From positions 449,761 to 513,760 of the forward strand of contig CAVZRV010000008.1 in the NCBI GenBank assembly GCA_963777605.1: DNA of 64,000 nt. The letters are read 5' to 3'. This DNA comes from an uncultured Acidobacteriota bacterium. GTDB taxonomy: Bacteria; Acidobacteriota; UBA6911; RPQK01; JAPXNP01. Of the stretch, positions 11,682 through 23,123 are shown piece by piece. The notes beneath the pieces are model-generated. The model was not told the DNA's origin and did no database searches. It saw nothing but the letters and a program-made list of their open reading frames with translations. The stretch's first letter is position 1; the number at the start of each line of letters is the position of its first letter. The translations under genes were made by a program, and so were the position numbers.

Positions 11682-13487
11682 CTACTGCAGGCTGATCAGC
11701 GAATCGATGACCGATTCCATGCAATAAGGCTTCTTCAGAACAGTGACGAGCCTTGCGCCTTGTCGAGGTGAATCCACACCCTCGCCTGACAGTAACACAG
11801 TTGGCAGTGGATCAGGCGGATTTCTCTTTTCCTCGAATGCCTTCATCTGAGACCAGAGTTCCCTGGCCTCGAACTGGCTGTCGGCTCGGACAATCCACGA
11901 ATTGACGGCTTCATCGGGATAGGGGATCAGGAGTTGCCGGAAGAAGTCACCCGCAAGCGACGAGGAATCTAACTGAAGGAACCGGGGGTGTATGTTGGAC
12001 GCAAGACGGTTCCTGAGGATGCTGGCCCGATCGGGCCAGTCTTTCCATGACTTCATAACAACAACGGTCCGGAGGTCTCTCCACGACTCCTTGATCCGGA
12101 GCTCAATCTGGCTCAGGCAGTCAGCGGGGAGGGCCAGATCGTCGGCCAGAGGCAGGGCTTCTTCGATTGTATCCTCACCGCTTTCCCCGAGGATGAGACT
12201 TTGCGCCAGAGTATTAGCGAGAACAAGTACCATTACCGAATACCGGTCCGGCCCCTGAAGAGCTCGAATCGAAGCCACCGGCAAGTGATGAAGCGTAATC
12301 GGCCGAATGATCTTTGCCGAAAATCGCCACTGAAAGAGAGGTTCTTCAGCGGCTTTGGCATGGTTGAGGAGCAGAAGTTTTGCCTCGGCCTGATGCAGCG
12401 GTATCGACAGATCCCGGGCTGCCTGAATGACCTGAGCGTAGAGGTCACCCAACTCCTCGATCAGCATCAGACGGCCGATATCGTGCATGAGCCCGGTCGT
12501 AAACGCGATATCGGGCTCCAGTTCTTTGGTCATTGGACTCGCATGTACAATTTCGGCGGCCGCCGCTGCGACACTGATGCTATGCTCCCAGAATCGTCCG
12601 TAATGGATCAGTTCGTCCGATCCCTCCCCAAATCGCTCCAGAATTCCGATCGAAACGGCCGCTTCACGTAGTTTCCCCGTTCCGATCCTCACGATGGCCT
12701 TACGGAGAGAAGTGACCGGCGCACCTCGGGAAAAGGCGGCCGAGTTGGCTAGCCAGAGGAAACGCGTTGCCAGCGCCTGATCCAAACCCGCTGCTTCAAC
12801 GATTTGGTCCATGGCGGCGGAGGGGTCATCGATGGTGCGCAAAAGGTGAGCCACCGCAGGACTGAAGCCCTTCAGTTCGCGCAGATGTTTGATTCTTGCG
12901 GCGAGCTCGTCACGGCTGAGGAGCGGGCCGAGATCTGACAGGGAAACTTGTCGTCGATTCTGGGGCTTTGGCGATTGGAGGGGCCGAGGCTTGGTGGGCC
13001 TGATCTCTGGTTCCTGCCTTTGACTCTGCGGCGGTGAGGTAATCATTCCCGTGCTTGAATTCGGTTCCGAACGCTGCTCTGCCGGAGTGTTCGTCGGTGA
13101 GGGGATGTCGATTGCCGACGCAATCTTCTCGAGGAGAACAGGAAGGGAGAAAGAGGACTTCAGAAAGAAATCGTTCACTCCCAGTCCGACGACACTCTGC
13201 ACCAAATTCCGTTCTGAGTGTGCCGTCAGCACGATCACGGGAAGCTCCTGGCAGCTATAGCATTGACGCAGTTCTCGAAGACAGGCGATTCCGTCTTTAC
13301 CAGGCATTCCGAGGTCGAGGAGGATGAGGTCGGGTTTGCGCTCCTCTACCAATCGCAGAGTCTCATTCCCGTCTTCTGCGGTTCGCACTTGATAGCCCAC
13401 TTGACTGAGGGCCGCCGCGAGCGGTTCACGGAGCACCGGCAGATCGTCAGCCACAATTATCTCAATCTGCGAAAGCTCCTTGGACAT
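11682..13487 (-). CDS. REC + HDOD domain signalling protein
   Basis: N-terminal IIVADD/LLDLGMPGKDG; HDOD motifs DQALATRFLWLANS, FWEHS, GLMHDIGRL. Confidence 0.85.
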   Translation of the reverse strand: MSKELSQIEIIVADDLPVLREPLAAALSQVGYQVRTAEDGNETLRLVEERKPDLILLDLGMPGKDGIACLRELRQCYSCQELPVIVLTAHSERNLVQSVVGLGVNDFFLKSSFSLPVLLEKIASAIDIPSPTNTPAEQRSEPNSSTGMITSPPQSQRQEPEIRPTKPRPLQSPKPQNRRQVSLSDLGPLLSRDELAARIKHLRELKGFSPAVAHLLRTIDDPSAAMDQIVEAAGLDQALATRFLWLANSAAFSRGAPVTSLRKAIVRIGTGKLREAAVSIGILERFGEGSDELIHYGRFWEHSISVAAAAAEIVHASPMTKELEPDIAFTTGLMHDIGRLMLIEELGDLYAQVIQAARDLSIPLHQAEAKLLLLNHAKAAEEPLFQWRFSAKIIRPITLHHLPVASIRALQGPDRYSVMVLVLANTLAQSLILGESGEDTIEEALPLADDLALPADCLSQIELRIKESWRDLRTVVVMKSWKDWPDRASILRNRLASNIHPRFLQLDSSSLAGDFFRQLLIPYPDEAVNSWIVRADSQFEARELWSQMKAFEEKRNPPDPLPTVLLSGEGVDSPRQGARLVTVLKKPYCMESVIDSLISLQ

Positions 13488-15067
13488 CAGTTGGCCTCCT
13501 TCACTGGAGCTTTCTGGTCAAGCGGCAAGTATATTCGGATGGAAGTCCCAGACTGCGAATCGGAATGGATCTCCCAGAATCCACCATGGGCTCGAATAAT
13601 CTTTTTGGATAGCGTAAGGCCCAGGCCGGATCCCTCGGCTTGAACTCCGCCCAAGAGCCCGGCCGAAAGAGAGAAGGGCTGATCGAGCTTTTGAAGGATC
13701 TTTGGATGGATGCCCGGTCCGCTGTCCTGAATCTCGATTCGTGCAGCGAGTTCCTCGCCTCGTTCAACGAGGTCAAGGGAGAAGCAGACAGACCCTTTAC
13801 CGGTATACCGCAGCGCGTTTTCAAGCAGCAGGTTGAGCATCCGAGCGAGCGACTCCGCGTCACCGCAAATGGTCACTGGATCTTGGGGCATTGAGTACTT
13901 GAAATGGATATGCTGCTCCTCGTCTATCGTGTCGCCAAAAGGCTTCGCGACTCCTTCACACAATTCTGACAGTCCGACCACTTGCCAGTTCCAGGGGAAG
14001 GATCCTTTTATGATTTGGGCAACCTGGAGCGCATTTAAGACGGTTCGGCTCAGCTTCTGGCTCTCGTCACCAATCAGCCTGCACAAGTCCATGTGCTTTT
14101 GGGCTGAAGTTTTCGCCCGCTGCAGGACCTCGGCAGTCGTTCGAATGCCTGCGAGCGGAGTTTGAATTTCATGGTTCAAGAAGCTGATCACTTCTTCGAC
14201 TGACCGAATGGATCGGGCCGCCTCCCGTTCATCCGTCCGATCTGAACCGGCATCCTGCGGGTTGGAATCGACGACGCCGACCAAACCCATTATCTCGTTC
14301 GATTCACCTCGAACGGTGGACTTGTAGAAACGGAAGTACTGAGTTGTACCGTCGCTGGCGACAAACGGGACCTCATACATCTGGCTCCCGCCATAGGTAA
14401 GCAACAACTCATCCGATTCCATGTGCCGCTTGGCATGTTCAGGGTCAGCAAACTGCTGGACTGTACACCCGATGATCTTGTCCTTTGGCGTGCCGACCAG
14501 TTCCTCGAATTTGGCGTTGCAGAAAGTGTAGGCGCCGAAAGGATCCTTCGCGAAGACTGGTAGTGGAATTGTGTCGACCAGTTTCTCGAAGTAGAGTCGG
14601 GCGGATTCGTCCCGGGATTCAGCCTCTCGTCGGGCGCTGACGTCTTGCTTGATCGCGACGAATTGCCCAATTCGCCCGTGGCCATCCAGCACTGGTGTGA
14701 TACGCATCCGTTCGGGATAAACGGATCCATTACGGCGGCGGTTGATAACATCACCTTCCCAAGTTCCCCCGGACAAGATCACACTCCAGAGACGGGCGTA
14801 GAATTGGCGGCTGTGATGGCCTGACTGAAGAATTTTCGGGGACTGGCCGATTGCCTCTTCCCTCGGGAAGCCTGTCGTGGATACGAAGCTGTCGTTGACA
14901 AAGATTATCCGCCCGTTGCGATCGGTAATCATGATCATTTCACGGGTGGCATTTACTGCCTTTTCGAGGACGAGAAGGCGTTCAATCGATGACAGGCAGT
15001 CGGTGTTTCCTTTGGTGTCTTCTGGTGAATTCATGGGCGTCGAGGTTGCGACGTGGCGAAACCGCAT
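13487..15067 (-). CDS. Cytoplasmic PAS-PAS sensor histidine kinase (start uncertain)
   Basis: PAS (ITDRNGRIIFVN, ILQSGHH, WEGDVINRRRNG), NHEIQTPL, NALRYT, DSGPGI, GSGLGL. Confidence 0.85.
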   Translation of the reverse strand: MRFRHVATSTPMNSPEDTKGNTDCLSSIERLLVLEKAVNATREMIMITDRNGRIIFVNDSFVSTTGFPREEAIGQSPKILQSGHHSRQFYARLWSVILSGGTWEGDVINRRRNGSVYPERMRITPVLDGHGRIGQFVAIKQDVSARREAESRDESARLYFEKLVDTIPLPVFAKDPFGAYTFCNAKFEELVGTPKDKIIGCTVQQFADPEHAKRHMESDELLLTYGGSQMYEVPFVASDGTTQYFRFYKSTVRGESNEIMGLVGVVDSNPQDAGSDRTDEREAARSIRSVEEVISFLNHEIQTPLAGIRTTAEVLQRAKTSAQKHMDLCRLIGDESQKLSRTVLNALQVAQIIKGSFPWNWQVVGLSELCEGVAKPFGDTIDEEQHIHFKYSMPQDPVTICGDAESLARMLNLLLENALRYTGKGSVCFSLDLVERGEELAARIEIQDSGPGIHPKILQKLDQPFSLSAGLLGGVQAEGSGLGLTLSKKIIRAHGGFWEIHSDSQSGTSIRIYLPLDQKAPVKEAN

Positions 15068-15462
15068 CGGGTTCCATCACGACGGGTTGGATCAGGCGTC
15101 AGTCGAAGAGCGTCGGCCATTTCAGGTTCACGGCTCCAAAATCCAACATTGCCGACCGAGGTGATGAACTCCGCATGCAACGTCAGGCAATTACTGTATC
15201 GGCACCATTGCAACGTTGGATTAGCGAGGCAGTCGAGATGGCCCATCCCCACACGTTTTCTCAGTAAATCGATTCGGCCGAGTCGAAGCACACGGATGAG
15301 GCTACCCGGGGGACAGCCGGTGCTCGGGTGGTACGGTGTTCATCTCAAAGATCTGCCTTCCGCCATCCTCTCATCTCGCGCCGCCTACCGGTTCAGGTCG
15401 CTGAAACCCTGATGTTCGCGGACTCGGAGTGCCCTGACGGCCACTCAATTTCTTCGTTTGCA

Positions 15463-15486
15463 GGTTCAAGTCCCTTCGCAGCTCCA
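15463..15486 (+). repeat. Degenerate copy of tRNA-Thr 3' end (putative attR)
   Basis: Matches 8136-8160 with one substitution and one deletion. Confidence 0.75.
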
Positions 15487-15617
15487 CTCTCTCGGCGTTG
15501 ATTTGCCACGGTGATCTTCTGTGGTAATATGTGGCCTCCCAATTTCGGGGAGAGACGGTTGCGGTGTGCATTCCAGATTGCAGCCTCTGTTCCTGATGAA
15601 GTGGTATCCCATACTGG

Positions 15618-15700
15618 GGAGGGGTGGCAGAGCGGTCAAATGCGGCGGGCTGTAAACCCGTTGACGTCAGTCTACGTAGGTTCGAATCCTACCCCCTCCA
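15618..15700 (+). tRNA. tRNA-Tyr(GTA)
   Basis: GGAGGGG/CCCCTCC acceptor, CT-GTA-AA loop, long variable arm, GGTTCGAATCC; CCA not encoded. Confidence 0.95.
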
Positions 15701-15832
15701 AATTTCTTCCCGTGGATGCTCCGGTTATCTGGGGCGGCGCGCGTCGGAGGCGGGCTGTGATTGCGCTTCGTGGCTTGCTTTGAAGGAATGTTTTGGGGAT
15801 AATTACGGTTTTCGAAGAAGAATGGTCAGGGT

Positions 15833-15908
15833 GCGGGAGTAACTCAGCTGGTAGAGTCATAGCCTTCCAAGCTATTGGTCGCGGGTTCGAGTCCCGTCTC
15901 CCGCTCCA
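15833..15908 (+). tRNA. tRNA-Gly(TCC)
   Basis: GCGGGAG/CTCCCGC acceptor, ATAGC-CT-TCC-AA-GCTAT, CCA end. Confidence 0.96.
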
Positions 15909-15985
15909 ACTTGGGATGCCCGCTACGGTTCCTTGGGCCGAGTTCAACAGGTTATAGATTCAAGAGGTAGTTAAGCATAAAGCGA

Positions 15986-16060
<75 letters not shown>

Positions 16061-16095
16061 TTTGTTTTTGCTAAACACGCTGAAGAGGAGACGTT

Positions 16096-17283
<1,188 letters not shown>

Positions 17284-17295
17284 GCGGGTTGGTGT

Positions 17296-17371
17296 AGGCC
17301 AGTAGCTCAATTGGCAGAGCATCGGTCTCCAAAACCGGCGGTTGGGGGTTCAAGTCCCTCCTGGCCTGCCA
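17296..17371 (+). tRNA. tRNA-Trp(CCA)
   Basis: AGGCCAG/CTGGCCT acceptor, CT-CCA-AA loop, CCA end. Confidence 0.96.
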
Positions 17372-17399
17372 CTTTTTTTCAGTTGGCTGGATTGTCCTG

Positions 17400-17615
17400 A
17401 TGTTGGAGAAATTGCAAGCGTTACCCGGAAGGATTGCCACCTTTACAAGTGAGGTGCGGTCTGAGTTGAAGAAGGTCACCTGGCCGAGCAAGAAAGAGGT
17501 CTACGGCACGACGGTTGTTGTTATCGTCAGTGTTATCTTTTTCGGTCTCTATTTGTTTGTGGTGGATTCGATACTTCAGGTCACGATCAATAGAATTTTT
17601 AAGTTCTTTTTGTAG
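17400..17615 (+). CDS. secE: Preprotein translocase SecE
   Basis: EVRSELKKVTWPSKKE plus TM helix; synteny. Confidence 0.95.
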   Translation: MLEKLQALPGRIATFTSEVRSELKKVTWPSKKEVYGTTVVVIVSVIFFGLYLFVVDSILQVTINRIFKFFL

Positions 17616-17671
17616 GGGCAGGGCGTTCTTTCCACGAGTTAGAATCGGGCTTTTGCTAAGGAGAGGTAATC

Positions 17672-18229
17672 ATTTCTGAGAAGGCTGCCGGCGGGTCGTC
17701 GCAGAAAAAATGGTACATCATCCACACCTACTCGGGCTACGAGCGAAAAGTGGCCGAGGGGTTGATGAATCGAGTCCAGGTCTACGGGCTGCAGGACAAG
17801 ATCGGTCAGATCCTGATACCGACCGAGGATGTGGTGGAAATGAAGGGAGGCAAGAAGGTCGTCACCTCCAAGCTCTTCTTTCCCGGCTACATCCTGGTTG
17901 AAATGGAGCTGAACGACGATACCTGGCACCTGGTGCGGAATACGCCGAAGGTCAGCGGATTCGTCAGTCAGGGGAATCAGCCGACCCCGCTGACGGAAGA
18001 GGAAGTGAACCAGGTCGTTCATCGTGTCTCGAGCGTCGGCGAGAAGCCGAAGCCCAAGTTCATGTTTGAGCGGGGCGAAACGGTGAAGATCATTGACGGG
18101 CCCTTCTCAAACTTTACGGGTGTGGTTGAGGATGTGAACCTGGAACGCAGCACCGTGAAGGTGATGGTTACGATTTTTGGCCGTGCCACACCGGTCGAAC
18201 TCGAGTTTGTTCAGGTCGAGAAGGTCTAG
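17672..18229 (+). CDS. nusG: Transcription termination/antitermination factor NusG (apparent ATT start)
   Basis: [14 protein letters not shown] lies upstream of the track's GTG (17750); [10 protein letters not shown]; KOW motif [10 protein letters not shown]. Confidence 0.95.
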   Translation: MSEKAAGGSSQKKWYIIHTYSGYERKVAEGLMNRVQVYGLQDKIGQILIPTEDVVEMKGGKKVVTSKLFFPGYILVEMELNDDTWHLVRNTPKVSGFVSQGNQPTPLTEEEVNQVVHRVSSVGEKPKPKFMFERGETVKIIDGPFSNFTGVVEDVNLERSTVKVMVTIFGRATPVELEFVQVEKV

Positions 18230-18278
18230 CGGCCCTTTCGGGCGTTCCGGGAGCAATGGCTCTTGCGGGAGTGAATAA

Positions 18279-18704
18279 ATGGCAAAAAAGGTAATTGGCA
18301 TGATTAAGCTGCAGATTCCTGCGGGGAAGGCGACACCGGCGCCTCCTGTGGGGCCTGCGCTTGGTCAGCATGGCGTGAACATCATGGATTTCTGCAAGGC
18401 CTTCAATGCGAAGACCCAGGGGCAGGAGGGCCTGATTATTCCGGTGGTGATCACGGTCTATCAGGACCGCAGTTACTCGTTCATCACCAAGACGCCTCCC
18501 GCGGCCGTTCTGCTGAAAAGGGCTGCCAGTATCGCCAAGGGGTCGGCGGAGCCGAACAAGACCAAGGTGGCGAAGGTGGACATGAAGCAGGTTGAGGAAA
18601 TCGCCAAGCTGAAGATGCCGGATTTGAACGCGGCGAGCCTTGAGGCTGCGGTGAAGATCATTGCCGGGACTGCTCGAAGCATGGGAATCGAGCTCAAGGA
18701 ATAA
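18279..18704 (+). CDS. rplK: 50S ribosomal protein L11
   Basis: [28 protein letters not shown]. Confidence 0.99.
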   Translation: MAKKVIGMIKLQIPAGKATPAPPVGPALGQHGVNIMDFCKAFNAKTQGQEGLIIPVVITVYQDRSYSFITKTPPAAVLLKRAASIAKGSAEPNKTKVAKVDMKQVEEIAKLKMPDLNAASLEAAVKIIAGTARSMGIELKE

Positions 18705-18710
18705 CGGATT

Positions 18711-19400
18711 ATGGCGGGCAAGAAATTTGTAGAAGCTGAGAATCGGGTAGAGCCGTCGGATTATGCGCTGGAAGATGCCATCGACCTGATGGTTTCCGTC
18801 AAGTTTGCCAAATTCGACGAGACTGCCGAAATCGCGATGAATCTGGGCGTTGATCCGAAGCACGCCGACCAGATGGTGAGGGGAACCGTTGTGCTTCCCA
18901 ATGGTCTGGGTAAATCGGTGCGCGTCTGCGTGGTCGCCTCGGGCGAGAAGATGAAAGAAGCCGAGGAGGCAGGAGCCGACTTCTCCGGCGGGGAAGACAT
19001 CGTCGAAAAGATCCAGGAGGGTTGGACCGCCTTCGATGCCATGGTGGCGACGCCCGACATGATGAAGCTGGTAGGAAAGCTGGGACGGATCCTGGGGCCG
19101 AGGGGTCTGATGCCGAACCCGAAGACGGGTACCGTGACCTTCAACGTCAAGGAGGCGATCGAAGACATCAAGGCCGGAAAAGTCGAATTTCGGGTAGATA
19201 AGAACGGCGTTATTCATGCCCCCTTCGGCAAGCTGTCTTTCCCCAAGGAAAAGTTGGTGCAGAATGCACGGAGTCTGATTGACGCGGTCCTTCGTGCGAA
19301 GCCTTCCGCTGCCAAGGGTCGTTACGTTCGAAGTGTTTCAATCAGCTCGACGATGGGCCCCGGTATTCGTTTAGATGTTGCCCAGTTGGGTGCGAAGTAG
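18711..19400 (+). CDS. rplA: 50S ribosomal protein L1
   Basis: [36 protein letters not shown]. Confidence 0.99.
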   Translation: MAGKKFVEAENRVEPSDYALEDAIDLMVSVKFAKFDETAEIAMNLGVDPKHADQMVRGTVVLPNGLGKSVRVCVVASGEKMKEAEEAGADFSGGEDIVEKIQEGWTAFDAMVATPDMMKLVGKLGRILGPRGLMPNPKTGTVTFNVKEAIEDIKAGKVEFRVDKNGVIHAPFGKLSFPKEKLVQNARSLIDAVLRAKPSAAKGRYVRSVSISSTMGPGIRLDVAQLGAK

Positions 19401-19412
19401 GAGCTCCGGATT

Positions 19413-19931
19413 ATGAACAGGGCTGAAAAGACAGAGCTTATCGAGAGCATGCACAAGAGCTTCTCCGAGAGCGGAAACGTTATTGTGCTCAGCTTTAACG
19501 GGGTCGACGTCCCGGATATCACCGACCTGCGACAAAAGATTCGTGACAGCGAAGGCAGCTATGAGGTGGTCAAGAACACCCTGGCTATCCGGGCTGCCGA
19601 GGGGACTCCGGTAGGGGGACTCAAGGAGCAGTTTACCGGGCCCACTGCGGTTGCCTGCACGTCGAAAGATCCGGTGTCGCTGGCGAAGATTCTGAAGGAT
19701 TTCGTAAAGACCCATCCCGGCATGTCGTTCAAGGCGGCAATCCTCGAGGGGCGGCCGATTGACCAGGCGCAGGTGGAGTCGCTGGCGGAGATGCCGTCCC
19801 GGGAAGAATTGCTTTCCAGGCTGCTGTTCATGTTGAACGCGCCGCTTACCCGGTTGGCGTCGGCTCTCCAGTCTCCGGTCAGGAACTTGGCCATCGTGCT
19901 TAATGAGTTGGCCAAGAAGAATCAGCAGTGA
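19413..19931 (+). CDS. rplJ: 50S ribosomal protein L10
   Basis: VVKNTLA, GPTAVA, LAEMPSREELL; synteny. Confidence 0.97.
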   Translation: MNRAEKTELIESMHKSFSESGNVIVLSFNGVDVPDITDLRQKIRDSEGSYEVVKNTLAIRAAEGTPVGGLKEQFTGPTAVACTSKDPVSLAKILKDFVKTHPGMSFKAAILEGRPIDQAQVESLAEMPSREELLSRLLFMLNAPLTRLASALQSPVRNLAIVLNELAKKNQQ

Positions 19932-19973
19932 AAAGCCTTTTTATCTCTATATCGTTGCAAGGAGTAATGAACA

Positions 19974-20360
19974 ATGGCGATCAGTCGTGAAGATGTCCTG
20001 GGCTGGATCGAGCAGGCCTCGATCCTTGAGATTAATGATTTAGTGAAGGACCTGGAAGAGAAGTTTGGAATCAGTGCAGCCGCGGCTGCACCGGTTGCCG
20101 TCATGGCCGGTGGCGCCGGAGCCGGCGCTGCAGCTGCTGAAGAAGAGCAAACCGAGTTCGACGTGGTTCTTACCTCCTTCGGCGACAAGAAGATCAACGT
20201 GATCAAAGTGGTCCGCGAAGTCACCAGCCTCGGCCTCAAGGAAGCCAAGGATCTGGTTGAGGGCGTTCCCAAGGCCGTTAAGGAAGCTATCACGAAGGAA
20301 GAGGCTGCGGAAATTAAGAAGAAGTTCGAGGACGCTGGGGCAACCGTCGAAATTAAATAG
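19974..20360 (+). CDS. rplL: 50S ribosomal protein L7/L12
   Basis: [31 protein letters not shown]. Confidence 0.99.
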   Translation: MAISREDVLGWIEQASILEINDLVKDLEEKFGISAAAAAPVAVMAGGAGAGAAAAEEEQTEFDVVLTSFGDKKINVIKVVREVTSLGLKEAKDLVEGVPKAVKEAITKEEAAEIKKKFEDAGATVEIK

Positions 20361-20444
20361 GGATTGCCTGAGCTTGTACAATCACTCCAGGTGTGCTACG
20401 CTCACTCAAGCGTGGTTTTTGATATTTCTTCTTTGATTTAGGGA

Positions 20445-20476
20445 AGGAAAAGGGGCAAGTGTCCCTTTTCCTTTTT
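20445..20476 (+). terminator. Intrinsic terminator/attenuator after rplL
   Basis: AAGGAAAAGGGGC-AAGT-GTCCCTTTTCCTT followed by T run. Confidence 0.7.
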
Positions 20477-20710
20477 CTATTTCAGATGCGCGTGTTTCTC
20501 CAGGTCCGTTGATGAAGTCGGTCATCCGTGTCCCAGGCCTTCCGATGCGCGAATTCATGCCGGGTCCAGATCGGTCTCGCCCAATTCAGAACAGTTGCCG
20601 GTCTTGGGCTGCCGGTTTTGGAGGGCCGGTCTCCGGAGCGGCCTCGGCGTTTTTGGTTGAGGAATTCCTGTCGCCTTGTCCGAGCGTGTCCAAGTGTGAC
20701 GTGTCTTCAG

Positions 20711-20743
20711 GTGGCGAATAATGACCATTCCAGCTATCGGCGC
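20711..20743 (+). other. Probable 5' fragment of rpoB cut off at the segment junction
   Basis: GTG GCG AAT AAT GAC CAT TCC AGC TAT CGG CGC (MANNDHSSYRR) where rpoB is expected after rplL; no rpoB body follows. Confidence 0.4.
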
Positions 20744-21667
20744 CTAAGCGGCGTTTTTTCGTGGCGTATGCCCCTGGTGGCGCAGTGGCCGCTCAGTTGG
20801 GTGCTGGGCGTAGTATTCAGCCGCTAGAATCGCGTTTATAAGCCCCGTTTTACGCATACCAAGCGTGCGCGCCATGCTCATGTCCGTTTCGCCGCTGCCA
20901 ACACCCAAAAATTGCAGCGAACTGGGGTTAATGTGCGAGCTCATTGCGTTCGCACCGAGGCCGTTTAGGGTGGTAGCATGTTCACTCATGCCGGCCGTTT
21001 CATCAATAGTGGATGTATCAAGATAGTTAATTTGCGGTGGAATGCCCAGCGAACGGCACACTAACTCTTCCGAGCGGCCACCAAGGCTCATTTCGCCGTC
21101 TAATATCATCAGCATAGCTTGCACATTGTTGGGTTCGAGCCGGCCGCCCTTTTCCTGTGCGCGTTCAATCAGTAGCTTGCGGTATTCACTGGCGAGCTGC
21201 TTGTAGTGCCCCCAGCGCACGTCGTGATCAAGCGACGAATCGGTAAAGCCAGGCAGGGCAAGGGTAGGGGTAATCTTCTCACTAATCACCGCCGCATCAT
21301 CTTTTTCAACGCCCATCATCACGTGGAACCAAAACAATAGGTAATCGCTCTGCGACCAACCCTTCATTTTGCCCACTTCAGACGGCAAAATAATATCGGC
21401 TTCGGTAAACATTGGATGTTGGTACAGCAAAGCACGCTTAGCGATGTCGCCGTAGCTGCTATTTTTACCAATCACTTCGCCAATCCCAAGCTGCTTGTCA
21501 CGGGCATAGCCACCACTAGTGATTGCCATACTCAGGTAAATCGTGGGGTCTAAGCCTTCATCGACTAAATAGTCATCGTACAATTCGTAGGCTTCTTGGG
21601 GTTCTACACGGCGCTCGGCGGCGTAGGCTTCCATGGTTTCAAAAACGGGGCGATAGGGGCTGGGCAT
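20744..21667 (-). CDS. Hypothetical protein with nucleoside-2-deoxyribosyltransferase/DUF4406-like motifs
   Basis: SD AAAGGAG before ATG 21667; IYLSMAITSGG and DGEMSLGGRSEELVCRSLGIP. Confidence 0.55.
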   Translation of the reverse strand: MPSPYRPVFETMEAYAAERRVEPQEAYELYDDYLVDEGLDPTIYLSMAITSGGYARDKQLGIGEVIGKNSSYGDIAKRALLYQHPMFTEADIILPSEVGKMKGWSQSDYLLFWFHVMMGVEKDDAAVISEKITPTLALPGFTDSSLDHDVRWGHYKQLASEYRKLLIERAQEKGGRLEPNNVQAMLMILDGEMSLGGRSEELVCRSLGIPPQINYLDTSTIDETAGMSEHATTLNGLGANAMSSHINPSSLQFLGVGSGETDMSMARTLGMRKTGLINAILAAEYYAQHPTERPLRHQGHTPRKNAA

Positions 21668-21791
21668 TGCTACTCCTTTTGTGTCGTTAGCTGCACCCAC
21701 CATGCGTTAACCCTTACTTTAGTGGCACCTGCCCAGGCTGTCAATTACACCACTTTAAGCCCTGGCCACAGTTTGCTACAATAGACATAAT

Positions 21792-22367
21792 ATGAAGCGA
21801 CTACAGTTGGCGCGGCCGCACGCGATTATGATGGTAGGGTTGCCCGGAAGCGGGAAGAGTTTTTTTGCTGAAAAATTTGCCGAAACCTTCACTGCACCCT
21901 ATATCGACAGCTTAAGCATCGAGCAAGAAGCAAAAGACGCCGAATCTGCCGGCCGGTTAATCACCATGATGGTTGCAGAAGTTGCTAAAACCAACCAGAC
22001 CTTTATTTTTGAAGGCAATTCCGACAGCCGCGTCATGCGCACCGAGTTCGCCCGCTGGGCCCGCAAAAACGATTACCACCCCCTATTTATTTGGGTGCAG
22101 ACCGACGCAAACACCTGCTTAAAACGCACCCTCAAAAACGGCACATTAGACCAACATGGCTTTGAAGACGTATACCACACCTTTAGCCCACCCCACGAAA
22201 GCGAAAAGGCAATTGTGGTGAGCGGTAAGCACACCTTTGCTAGCCAGGTACGCACCGTACTTAACTTCCTTACTAAGCAAACGCGCCCAGGAACCGCAGT
22301 TTTGGCATCGCCACCACCACGGCCACAGGCATCGCACGGCAACCGCAGCGCCAAACTTATACGATAA
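21792..22367 (+). CDS. P-loop kinase-like protein (AAA_33-type)
   Basis: IMMVGLPGSGKS Walker A at N-terminus. Confidence 0.8.
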   Translation: MKRLQLARPHAIMMVGLPGSGKSFFAEKFAETFTAPYIDSLSIEQEAKDAESAGRLITMMVAEVAKTNQTFIFEGNSDSRVMRTEFARWARKNDYHPLFIWVQTDANTCLKRTLKNGTLDQHGFEDVYHTFSPPHESEKAIVVSGKHTFASQVRTVLNFLTKQTRPGTAVLASPPPRPQASHGNRSAKLIR

Positions 22368-22379
22368 TAACTACTCACT

Positions 22380-23084
22380 ATGGCAGACTCTACGTTTACT
22401 GACCGCGAATTCGGTGCTATTACGGTTCGACGCCTACGCCAAAGCCGTAGCGTAAAAGTACGCTTAGCACCAAATGGTGGATTGGTGGTAAGCGCACCGC
22501 GCTATACACCGATTGCCTATGTAAAACTGGTTATCGAAACCTCCCGCACCGAACTACGCGCCCTTGCGGCCAAGCACATACCCGAACATTCCTACGCGCA
22601 CGGCCAGGCAGTTGGCAAAGAACACTCCATTGCCGTGGTGCAAACCGGCACCGTAAAAGCGCCTTCTGTAAGCCTGGTGCGCAAGCATGTAGTAGTAAAG
22701 GTTCCGCCAAACCACGATATAACCGCCAAGCATACGCAAGGCCTTATTCGCGACGGCGTGGCACGTGCCTTACGCGCAGAAGCCAAGCGCATTCTACCTG
22801 GTAAATTAAAAGCCTATGCCAGCAAATATGGCTTTCATTACGATCGAATCCGCTTCAGCCACGCCGGCAGTAGGTGGGGAAGCTGTAGTAGTACCGGCAC
22901 GATTAGCCTTAATATCGCCCTTATGAAGCTACCCGACCAACTGATTGATTATGTGATTGTACACGAACTCTGCCACACCCAGCATATGAACCATTCTGGC
23001 CAGTTTTGGAATGCAGTTGAGCGCATTGATCCACTGTTTAAATCGCACCGCACACAGCTAAAACGCTTCGACACGCGGCTTTAG
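22380..23084 (+). CDS. YgjP/DUF45-like zinc metalloprotease-fold protein
   Basis: SRWGSCS, IDYVIVHELCH, MNHSGQFW. Confidence 0.88.
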   Translation: MADSTFTDREFGAITVRRLRQSRSVKVRLAPNGGLVVSAPRYTPIAYVKLVIETSRTELRALAAKHIPEHSYAHGQAVGKEHSIAVVQTGTVKAPSVSLVRKHVVVKVPPNHDITAKHTQGLIRDGVARALRAEAKRILPGKLKAYASKYGFHYDRIRFSHAGSRWGSCSSTGTISLNIALMKLPDQLIDYVIVHELCHTQHMNHSGQFWNAVERIDPLFKSHRTQLKRFDTRL

Positions 23085-23123
23085 CCTTTTCATTCAACAC
23101 GCTTGCGGCTATAATAAAGTCAC

